Positions 28,656-36,151 of a stretch of DNA of 64,000 nucleotides are shown one piece after another. The notes under the pieces were generated by a model. It saw only the letters and a program-made list of their open reading frames with translations, made no database searches and was not told where the DNA came from. The stretch is taken from the NCBI GenBank assembly GCA_032128375.1, contig JAQBGU010000107.1, positions 32,001-96,000 of the forward strand, given 5' to 3'. This DNA comes from Deltaproteobacteria bacterium (GTDB lineage: Bacteria; Myxococcota_A; UBA9160; SMWR01). The first letter of the stretch is position 1; the number at the start of each line of letters is the position of its first letter. Made by a program: the position numbers and the translations under genes.

Positions 28656-29308
28656 ACGTATTCGCCGCGATCTTGTGGAAGGACCTGCTGACCGAATGGC
28701 GCAGTCGCGACCGCGTCGTCGCGATGCTGATGTTCTCGCTGCTGATGGTGATCGCGTTTCACTTCTCGCTGCCCGGAGGCGCCACGGCTCAGACCCGCCA
28801 CTACGCACCCGGCTTGCTTTGGGTCGCATACGTATTCTCCGCGATGCTCGGGCTCAGCCGCTCGTTTGCCATCGAACTCGACAACGACGCGATCTCGGGG
28901 CTGGCCATGGCACCGGCCGATCGCGGTTGGATGTTCATGGGCAAGATCACCGCGAACATGGTCATATTGGGTTTCGTCCAGACGATCACGGCGTTCGTGT
29001 TCGCGATCGTCTTCGAAATTGCGCTGGCACCGGCTCTGATCGGCATCGTCGCGCTGGGTTCACTGGGCCTGTGTTCGGTGGGTACCTTTTTTGCGGCGGT
29101 CTCCGTACGGACGCGGCTGCGCGACGTCATGCTTCCGCTGCTGGTGCTGCCGTTCTACGTACCCGTTCTGTCGGCGGCATCGCGTGCAACTACAGCACTG
29201 ATCGAAACCGGAAGCGTGCCGTTCGAGCCGATCCAGTTCCTGTTGGTGATCGACGCGAGCTATTTGATAATCTCATTCCTGCTGTCAGACTTCGTGCTCG
29301 ACGAGTAG
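28652..29308 (+). CDS. ccmB: Heme exporter permease CcmB
   Basis: ILWKDLLTEWRSR, PGLLWV, LSRSF..E, LLVLPFYVPVL. Confidence 0.92.
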   Translation: MNVFAAILWKDLLTEWRSRDRVVAMLMFSLLMVIAFHFSLPGGATAQTRHYAPGLLWVAYVFSAMLGLSRSFAIELDNDAISGLAMAPADRGWMFMGKITANMVILGFVQTITAFVFAIVFEIALAPALIGIVALGSLGLCSVGTFFAAVSVRTRLRDVMLPLLVLPFYVPVLSAASRATTALIETGSVPFEPIQFLLVIDASYLIISFLLSDFVLDE

Positions 29309-29404
29309 GCGGAAAAAGTCGCAGTCCCAGCTCGTCCCAAAGGCCACGGGCGGCCCACTGACGCACCAGCGGTACGCCCCCTCAACGAGGATCCGAAAGC
29401 TCAG

Positions 29405-30124
29405 ATGACAAATCCCTTGCTCGACACCGCCTCGTCTCCGATTGGCGGACCGCGCACGGCCGGCGCGTTGCGCGTCAGCGGTGGAGTGCTGGCGGCCTTG
29501 GCCGTGAGCTGGGCTTTGCTGGTGATCGGCGCGCCAATTGATAGTCGGCAGGGTGTGATTCAGAAAGTGCTCTATGTCCACGTACCACTGTGGTTCGCCG
29601 CCTACTCCGGTTTCCTCCTCACCGCAGTTTGCGGGGCGCTGTACCTGTGGCGAAACGATGAGCGTTTCGATCGTGTCGCGATCGCGGGTGCGGAAGTCGG
29701 CGTGCTCTTTTGCACTCTGGGGCTGGTGAGTGGGCCGATCTGGGCGAAGGGAACCTGGGGACACTGGTGGGCCTGGGATCCCCGGCTGACTGTGTCTCTA
29801 CTACTGTGGTTCGTATACCTCGCGTATCTGCTGTTGCGGAGCTTTACAGAGGGCAGCACGCGAACTGCGCGTTTCGCAGCCGTTTACGGGATTGCGGGGC
29901 TGGGTGCGGTCCCCCTCAATTACTTTGCGATCGAGTTATTCGGCGGGGCTGCGATGCACCCCGACAACCTGCAGCGCGGAAGCCTGGGGGACGGCATGGG
30001 ATTGCCGTTCGTAGCCGGGATTCTCGTATGCGGGGCTGCATTCGTCCATTTGGTAATCGCCCGAACCGATCTCGAGAACCGCCGAATCGAGCTGGACGAA
30101 CTCGAGCAAGAGCTGGAATTCTAG
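29405..30124 (+). CDS. ccmC: Heme exporter/chaperone loader CcmC
   Basis: LYVHVP, GPIWAKGTWGHWWAWDPRLT (WWD domain), MHP. Confidence 0.93.
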   Translation: MTNPLLDTASSPIGGPRTAGALRVSGGVLAALAVSWALLVIGAPIDSRQGVIQKVLYVHVPLWFAAYSGFLLTAVCGALYLWRNDERFDRVAIAGAEVGVLFCTLGLVSGPIWAKGTWGHWWAWDPRLTVSLLLWFVYLAYLLLRSFTEGSTRTARFAAVYGIAGLGAVPLNYFAIELFGGAAMHPDNLQRGSLGDGMGLPFVAGILVCGAAFVHLVIARTDLENRRIELDELEQELEF

Positions 30125-30163
30125 GCCCCAGAAGCGCCGTCTCGAATCGAAATCAAATACAGG

Positions 30164-30193
30164 TTGACAACTCTGGTGACTCGGGACTATAAG
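30164..30193 (+). promoter_or_regulatory. Near-consensus sigma70 promoter
   Basis: TTGACA (30164-30169), 18 nt, TATAAG (30188-30193), preceded by an A-rich UP-like tract (aatcgaaatcaaatac). Confidence 0.7.
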
Positions 30194-30199
30194 CTGAAG

Positions 30200-30465
30200 G
30201 CAACGAACCTGCGTCTCGCACGTTCGATAATTTCTACAGTGGAGGCAACCGCTTACCCACCCCCCATGGGGGAAGCGTGTGCGTTCGGGAGAGCAAATCT
30301 CCCGACTGCGACAAATGTTGCGCGCCATTTGACTGGACCGGCAGGAGAGGGAAGCGCAGTACCCATTCCGGGACCGCAGCCCCTCTTGATCGCTCCACTC
30401 GAGAAGATTCGCACACACGCGAAAGACCGGCAGAAGTCGCTCTAGGGGCGGTTGTCGCGTGTGAA
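30200..30465 (+). ncRNA. Candidate structured ncRNA or structured leader, family not recognised
   Basis: Consecutive and nested stems: 30204-30226; 30232-30244 with 30393-30405 enclosing hairpins 30250-30277, 30285-30305, 30312-30331, 30345-30387; 30414-30422 with 30455-30463. No convincing ORF. Confidence 0.55.
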
Positions 30466-30486
30466 ATCATCGTCCGGCAAACGCCG

Positions 30487-30501
30487 TGGCACGGAGATTG
30501 C
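30487..30501 (+). promoter_or_regulatory. Sigma54 (RpoN) -24/-12 promoter
   Basis: TGGCAC-GGAGA-TTGC, an exact TGGCAC-N5-TTGC match about 130 nt upstream of ATG 30632. Confidence 0.75.
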
Positions 30502-30631
30502 GAAGTCTTCCGAATGGGCCCATGACTTCGGGCCGAGAACTCTACGTGATCCCGGTGCGGTGTGCGGTCTGCAGTGAGCGGTGAACGTTCAAGGGGGCCC
30601 GGGAGGCGACCCAACAAAGGGGACAGCGAAT

Positions 30632-31120
30632 ATGAAGCGCGGCGTCGGTTACTGCGAAAACACGGACTGCGAGGACTACGCCAAGGGCGTCTTTCTCCTC
30701 AACCATGGCGACACGTTCTACTGCCCCCGCTGTCGCCAGCTCGGAAAAGTCGAGAAGGAGCGCGGCTTCTACACCGGCAATACCGACATCTTCAAGGAAG
30801 TCCGCGTCGAGTACAACTTCGATCCGATCAACAGCGTCTACCGCGAGATCGCGATCGTCCGGGACGAGAGCTTGTGGGGCCGAAACAACGTTTACACGCT
30901 GCAGTCACCGCTGATCAAGACCGAAAAGCGCGCGCTGAAGGTGGCTGAGGCTATTTTGGCAAATCTCAATCGCTATCGTGGTCTGCTCAACGGTGACGAC
31001 ATTCCGCGCACCACAGAAATCATCCTGTCGTTCGACGACGACTTCGACGAGTTCTCCCGCAAGCTTCAGCAACTCAGCAAGGAATGGGAGGCTAGCGGCC
31101 TTCGCGAAGGACAGCGCTAG
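30632..31120 (+). CDS. Hypothetical 162-aa Cys4 zinc-ribbon protein
   Basis: RBS AAAGGGGA before ATG; C-X4-C-X17-C-X2-C; strongly C/G-ending codons; family not recognised. Confidence 0.88.
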   Translation: MKRGVGYCENTDCEDYAKGVFLLNHGDTFYCPRCRQLGKVEKERGFYTGNTDIFKEVRVEYNFDPINSVYREIAIVRDESLWGRNNVYTLQSPLIKTEKRALKVAEAILANLNRYRGLLNGDDIPRTTEIILSFDDDFDEFSRKLQQLSKEWEASGLREGQR

Positions 31121-31196
31121 CTGCTACACAAACAGCCCCACAACAAATAGCCCCACACAAACAAAACTCCCGGGTTCTCGGCCACCGCTCAGGCTG

Positions 31197-31260
31197 AGGG
31201 CACTTTCTCTTTCGGCTAGTGCCCTTCCCCCCGAGGCCCCCGAAAGGGGGCGTCGGGGGC
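31197..31260. terminator. Tandem hairpins at the convergent junction with the NUDIX gene
   Basis: agggcact/agtgccct (31197-31225) and cccccga-g-gccccc-GAAA-gggggc-g-tcggggg (31228-31259). Confidence 0.6.
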
Positions 31261-31857
31261 TTCCGCAGAGGATAGCCCCGCGGTGTCTGCGGAAACCCGC
31301 ATCTGCAGGTCGATTTTCAGGCCGGCCCATATCGACCCGATGCCCTGGTGTTCGTGTCGTTCGCGGGACACACCGATCGGATTGAGCGCGTCCGCGAGTG
31401 GGGCTCGGTACCAGGGGAAAAGGGTCGTCGGTATCTGTTCAACGTCGAACCAGCGCACGACGGGCGTCTCGTAGCTCGGACGCAGCCGCCCGCTCATCAC
31501 CTGGCAGGTAAACACGCGCGCAGTGTGGGGCCGGAAGCCCGTCCGAACATAGTCGCCAACGTGGCACTCGACGCTGACATCCAGACCGGTCTCCTCCCGC
31601 ACCTCGCGCACCACGGCGGACTCGGCACTTTCGCCACGATTCGCGTTTCCACCTGGGAGTTCCCAGCCGCGCAGATCATGGCGCACCGCGAGCGCCACGC
31701 AGCCGTCGCGCAGCACGACACCCTGGCAAACCATGAGCGGCTCCCGCTCGATCAATCGCGGAGCAGCCAACCCCCACCAAGCGAGCTCGAGATAGTTCGG
31801 AATCGCCCATGCAAGCCGGCCAAGCAGCCCTCGGCGGGCCGGCTCTCGGCTCGACAC
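31216..31857 (-). CDS. NUDIX hydrolase
   Basis: Nudix box WELPGGNANRGESAESAVVREVREETGL. Confidence 0.88.
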   Translation of the reverse strand: MSSREPARRGLLGRLAWAIPNYLELAWWGLAAPRLIEREPLMVCQGVVLRDGCVALAVRHDLRGWELPGGNANRGESAESAVVREVREETGLDVSVECHVGDYVRTGFRPHTARVFTCQVMSGRLRPSYETPVVRWFDVEQIPTTLFPWYRAPLADALNPIGVSRERHEHQGIGSIWAGLKIDLQMRVSADTAGLSSAEAPDAPFRGPRGEGH

Positions 31858-31861
31858 CGGC

Positions 31862-32749
31862 CTACTCGATGATCTTGGTGAGCGGGTATTCGACGATGCC
31901 GCACGCCCCGGTTTCGGACAATCGCGGGATCAGCTCGGTCACGATGCTCTCTTCGATCACCGTGTTGATCGCAGTCCAGCTCTCGTCGGCCAGGCGAGAA
32001 ATGGTCGGCGTCGCAAGTGCAGGGAGCAGCTTGAGTACGGCTTCGAGCCGATCAGCCGGCACGTTCATCATCAGACCGACGCGGTCGCTGGCGCGGATCG
32101 CCCCCTTCAACACAATCAACAAGCGCTCCATCTTCCGGCATTTCCACGCGTCGGCGTGCGCATCGCGATTGGCGATCAAACGCGGCGTGCTCTCGAGCAC
32201 GGTATCGATCACGCGCAGGTTGTTGGCGCGCAAGCTCGACCCGGTTTCCGTCACATCGATGATCGCGTCTGCGAGTAGCGGTGGCTTGACTTCGGTCGCC
32301 CCCCAGGAGAACTCGACCTTGGCCTTGACCCCATGTTTCCGCAGATAACTCCGCGTGAGGTTCACGACCTCGGTTGCAATCCGCTTGCCGTTCAGATCCT
32401 TGGGCTTGCGGATCTTCGAATCGTTCTTGACCGCGACGATCCAGCGGACCGGGCCGTAGTTGGGCCAAGGCGCACGCAGGTCCGCGAGTTCCTTCACCTT
32501 CGCGCGGTTTTCGAGAGTCCAATCCAGCCCGGTGATGCCCGCGTCCAGAACCCCCTGCTCGACATAGCGCGCCATCTCCTGGGCGCGGATCAGCACACAT
32601 TCGATTTCGGGATCGTCGATTTCCGGATAATAGGAACGCGACGGGATACTCAACCGGAAACCGGCATGGGTGAACAACATCAGGGTCGTTTCCTGAAGGC
32701 TGCCCTTGGGAAGCCCGAGCCGAAGGATCTTGCCCTTGGAGGCCTTCAT
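31862..32749 (-). CDS. hisG: ATP phosphoribosyltransferase, long form
   Basis: LGLPKGSLQE, IRAQEMARYVE.G..DAGITG, FSWGATEVK, DVTETGSSL, C-terminal regulatory domain. Confidence 0.96.
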   Translation of the reverse strand: MKASKGKILRLGLPKGSLQETTLMLFTHAGFRLSIPSRSYYPEIDDPEIECVLIRAQEMARYVEQGVLDAGITGLDWTLENRAKVKELADLRAPWPNYGPVRWIVAVKNDSKIRKPKDLNGKRIATEVVNLTRSYLRKHGVKAKVEFSWGATEVKPPLLADAIIDVTETGSSLRANNLRVIDTVLESTPRLIANRDAHADAWKCRKMERLLIVLKGAIRASDRVGLMMNVPADRLEAVLKLLPALATPTISRLADESWTAINTVIEESIVTELIPRLSETGACGIVEYPLTKIIE

Positions 32750-33156
32750 TTTCCGTACACCTCTTTGGGATCGAAGACCTGTTCGCCGACGTCGATCCAG
32801 CTGCCATCTTCGAGCTTTCGGAAAAAGCAGCTGCGCCGTCCGGTGTGGCACGCCGCTCCACCACGCTGCTCGACCCGGACAACCACGACATCGCCGTCAC
32901 AGTCGATGAACAGGCTCTTCACCTTCTGCGTGTTCCCGCTCTGCTCGCCTTTGTGCCACAGCTTGTTTCGGGAGCGGCTCCAATACACGACCTCGCCTCG
33001 CGAAAGCGTCAGAAGAAACGATTCAGGGTTCATGAACGCGACCATGAGCACTTCGTCGGTCGCGTCGTCAATCGCGATCGCAGTGACCAGGCCGTCCGCC
33101 TTGCTGAAATCCAGCGCGTCGATGGGGCTCTTGCTGGGGTCTTCAAAGGGGTCCAT
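32746..33156 (-). CDS. hisI: Phosphoribosyl-AMP cyclohydrolase
   Basis: YWSRSRNKLWHKGEQSGNTQ, DCDGD, ACHTGRRSCF. Confidence 0.96.
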   Translation of the reverse strand: MDPFEDPSKSPIDALDFSKADGLVTAIAIDDATDEVLMVAFMNPESFLLTLSRGEVVYWSRSRNKLWHKGEQSGNTQKVKSLFIDCDGDVVVVRVEQRGGAACHTGRRSCFFRKLEDGSWIDVGEQVFDPKEVYGK

Positions 33157-33169
33157 GGGGAGGCGGAGG

Positions 33170-35785
33170 CTATCGGGCAGCGAGCGCCGCCGCCAGACGC
33201 CCGCGCAAGGGCATCACATCTTCGAACAGCGGCCCGGGCTGGTAGAGCGGCTCTTTGCCGGTGGAGTCTGGGGCCTGCTCCAGAATGCCCCTGCGTTCCA
33301 TCAAGTCGAGCGACCCGCGAAACGCGGTCTCGTTTGCCGACTCTCTCCGCGCGACTTCTCCGAGTAGCTCGGAGCGCACGTAATGTTCGTCGGCCGCCTT
33401 CATCAGGTTCTTGCGCGACATCGCTCCAACCATCGCCAGCACGGCGTTCGAGGTCGCGTAGTAGACCTCGACGATTCCGCGCGTTTGTTCCGCCAGGAAT
33501 CGAAAATACGAAACGCCCTTTTCGGTAGGCTCGAGGCGCTCGCCGGAACGCTCGATCCAGCAGAATCGCTCGAAGTGGTCGATGAAGGCGTCTACGTGAG
33601 ACGCGAGAACTTCACCTTTGGGAGTGAAAAACTCGAAATAGAACAGGTCGAGCCAGACCGGCAATTCGGCGCGAACGCTGTCGATTTCTGGGCTCGACAG
33701 CAGGTGTCGCGCCAGGAAGCTCGGCGTCGCCAGGTAGTGGACGATCGTGTTCCGGTACATGTCGAGCGCCCGCACGCGACCGGGCTCGTAGTAAAGGACT
33801 TCTCCCCTCGCGTCGGGGTCGGAACGGATCAGGTCTGCGCTCAACATCGAGCCGATCGATACGTGGAATCCGCCCTCGTCGCGATCCAGTGCGGGCGTGA
33901 GTCGGACATCTTGCAGTCGCAGCAAGTCGACGATCTGCTGCATTCGCGCCGCCAACTCTTCGCGAAACATCCCGCGACTCGATTCCCCCATCAGCGCACA
34001 CGCGGCGACCGATGTCGCGTTGGGAATCACAGACCAGTTGATTCGTTCGACGAGGCGGTTGCCCAGCCCTTCGACAAACGCTCGTTTCTCCTGCAGGGCC
34101 TCGGGCGTGTCATCGAGGAACCGTTCGCGTTGGTCCCCCAAGGCGTCCGCCAGGGAAATCGGCTCACCAAAATTGACGAATACGCTCCCGAAGGCAAGAC
34201 GCAGGAATTTCCGCGCTCGGACGAGTCCCCACACGCTCTCGGCCTGTTTCTGTTCGCCTTCGAGTTCCCCCATCATCGCGCTCTCTTCGACGAGCCGTTC
34301 GTACGAGATCGCGATGGGTACGAAGAACATGTCGCGCCGCGCACTCGCGAGAAATGCCTCGACATTCCAGGCGAGCATCCCCAGTCGGGGCGCGAGCGAC
34401 TTGCCGGTTCGCGAACGACCCCCCTCGATGAAGAATTCCTGCGGGAAGCCCTGCTTGATCAGGTGAGCCACATAGGCTTGAAACACGGCTTTGTAGAGAG
34501 GATCGTCGAACGACTTCCGCAAGAAGAACGCGCCGGCGCGACGCCAAATGAACCCGAACGGGCCGAACGCCATGTTGTCCCTGGCCGCGATATGCGGCGG
34601 AACAAGGTGATTGCCGTAGAAGATGATCGACAGGATCAGAAAATCGAAGTACGAGCGATGGCTCGGTGCGAGCACGAGTGGGTGGCGCTTGGCGTAGTCG
34701 GCGATTTTCTCGATTCCCGTCAGCTCGATCGAAGTGAACAACCGCTTCAGGATGGCACCAACCAGAAAATTGAGAGCGGCCAGAAACGTCGAGTTCATAT
34801 TCGCGGCGATTTCGCGGAACATCTTCGCGGCCTCGGCTTGGCCACGCTCTACCGACGCGTTGCGTCCGCTCGCCCAATCGCGAATCGCGTGTTCGACTAC
34901 CGGGCTCCCGATCACGCTCTGTTGCACACGGTGACGGGGCCGCAGCGTCGGTCCCTCGACCACTTTCTCCTCGCGGTACAGGAAGGTCAGGATCGATCGA
35001 CGCACTTTGCGTGCGACGCGATACCGACCCTCTTTTCGCTGCGCGTGAACGAACCGTCCGAGGTCGATCGAACCTCCCACCTTCACACACAGGCCGCGAT
35101 AGGTGGTCAGAAACGAGATCACCTTCGCCAGGTCTGACGGTCGCGTCGTAGCGCCGTACGTGAGATTCAGAAATCCTTGATGTGAGCGCGGCCCCTTTGT
35201 CCAGAACAGCGCAAGCGGAACCAGGTAGACCGGACGATCGGAATCCCGGACGTTCGCGACGATCTCCTCGAGCAGGTCGAGTTCACCCTTACCGTGCTCG
35301 ACGGCGCTCTTGCGGGAGCGCAGCTGGGTTCGAATCCGGGCCGTGCGCAAGAACAGAAACGACGAGGTGCCGCGGCGAACGTTCGAACCGAGGTTCGCGC
35401 GTGTCTCAGCCAGGTCGAACTCCCGAAACAATTCCCCCCGCCGCGACCAGGCCAGTCGCAATAGTTGCAACAGCGGCCGGTAGTAGAAAAACCGGATGCC
35501 GTTGGCGAACCGGGACAACCTCAACCCTTCGCGGACGAACAGCGTGTTGAATAGGAAATAGTCGAGACGGCTCGCATAGCGCATCACGTAAACGACCGAT
35601 CCGCGACTCTCGAGTTCGCGAAGGTGATCGACGGTTTCTTTGTCGAGGTCGAAGTGACGGAAAAATCGCTGCGCAAACCACTGGAACGGCCAATTGAACT
35701 GAGGCGTCATCGCAGACAACGCATCGGAGGCGTCGTCCACCAGATCGATCCGATCGACCGAATTCTCCCCGGGGTGCTCAGCCAT
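33170..35785 (-). CDS. plsB: Glycerol-3-phosphate acyltransferase (PlsB-like)
   Basis: PSHRSYFDF (HxxxxD), GAFFLRKSF, EFFIEGGRSRTGK, VPIAISYE. Confidence 0.88.
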   Translation of the reverse strand: MAEHPGENSVDRIDLVDDASDALSAMTPQFNWPFQWFAQRFFRHFDLDKETVDHLRELESRGSVVYVMRYASRLDYFLFNTLFVREGLRLSRFANGIRFFYYRPLLQLLRLAWSRRGELFREFDLAETRANLGSNVRRGTSSFLFLRTARIRTQLRSRKSAVEHGKGELDLLEEIVANVRDSDRPVYLVPLALFWTKGPRSHQGFLNLTYGATTRPSDLAKVISFLTTYRGLCVKVGGSIDLGRFVHAQRKEGRYRVARKVRRSILTFLYREEKVVEGPTLRPRHRVQQSVIGSPVVEHAIRDWASGRNASVERGQAEAAKMFREIAANMNSTFLAALNFLVGAILKRLFTSIELTGIEKIADYAKRHPLVLAPSHRSYFDFLILSIIFYGNHLVPPHIAARDNMAFGPFGFIWRRAGAFFLRKSFDDPLYKAVFQAYVAHLIKQGFPQEFFIEGGRSRTGKSLAPRLGMLAWNVEAFLASARRDMFFVPIAISYERLVEESAMMGELEGEQKQAESVWGLVRARKFLRLAFGSVFVNFGEPISLADALGDQRERFLDDTPEALQEKRAFVEGLGNRLVERINWSVIPNATSVAACALMGESSRGMFREELAARMQQIVDLLRLQDVRLTPALDRDEGGFHVSIGSMLSADLIRSDPDARGEVLYYEPGRVRALDMYRNTIVHYLATPSFLARHLLSSPEIDSVRAELPVWLDLFYFEFFTPKGEVLASHVDAFIDHFERFCWIERSGERLEPTEKGVSYFRFLAEQTRGIVEVYYATSNAVLAMVGAMSRKNLMKAADEHYVRSELLGEVARRESANETAFRGSLDLMERRGILEQAPDSTGKEPLYQPGPLFEDVMPLRGRLAAALAAR

Positions 35786-36101
35786 CGTCCACAGGTACCA
35801 CCGCTGAACCGGTGGGGCAACGAATACGTGCGGAGATTCGCCACCCCACGCAGCTGCCTCCGGAGTCTCCCTGGCTTGAAGAGAAATTCGTCCAATGCCC
35901 GAACCTCGCGAGCTGACCAGCCGCCATCAGCTGATGACCTCACCGGCGAATCGTTGGCGTACGCGAAGTCACCGCAGGTAGATTGCTGCACGCTTGGACC
36001 GCGCCCGTGAGCGCGCCTCCAAGCCGACACGCTGGGGAACGCGCTAGTGTCCCGACACAGGTTCGCCGCGCGCAAGAACCTGCCGAATTCCTGAGTTGGA
36101 T

Positions 36102-36143
36102 CATCCACTCACGAGCATCCACTCACGAGCATCCACTCACGAG
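36102..36143. repeat. Perfect 14-bp tandem repeat x3 abutting an RBS
   Basis: (catccactcacgag)x3; the last copy runs into GAGGT, 6 nt before ATG 36152. Confidence 0.95.
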
Positions 36144-36151
36144 GTAGTCGC

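Noticed and set aside
30164..30617. Small ORFs in the leader (30164-30445 +, 30277-30525 +, 30234-30617 -, 29936-30418 -)
   Set aside because: No RBS or protein-like composition. The first starts at the TTG of the -35 box. Promoter and RNA structure explain the region better.
30200..30631. Identity as tmRNA, RNase P RNA, SRP RNA, 6S RNA or a cobalamin riboswitch
   Set aside because: No tRNA-like ends, no GAGGAAAGUCC, no SRP domain IV motif, not a single rod with a central bubble, and no B12 box seen by eye. An Rfam search is still needed.
30531..31260. Group I/II intron or retron explanation for the looped-out ORF
   Set aside because: No interrupted host gene, no recognisable catalytic core or domain V, and no RT or homing-endonuclease motifs in the protein.
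33383..35137. 584-aa + strand ORF and similar long antisense ORFs (4117-5247, 18633-20048, 51095-52396)
   Set aside because: They overlap well-supported genes on the opposite strand; stop-poor shadows are expected with high-GC codon bias.
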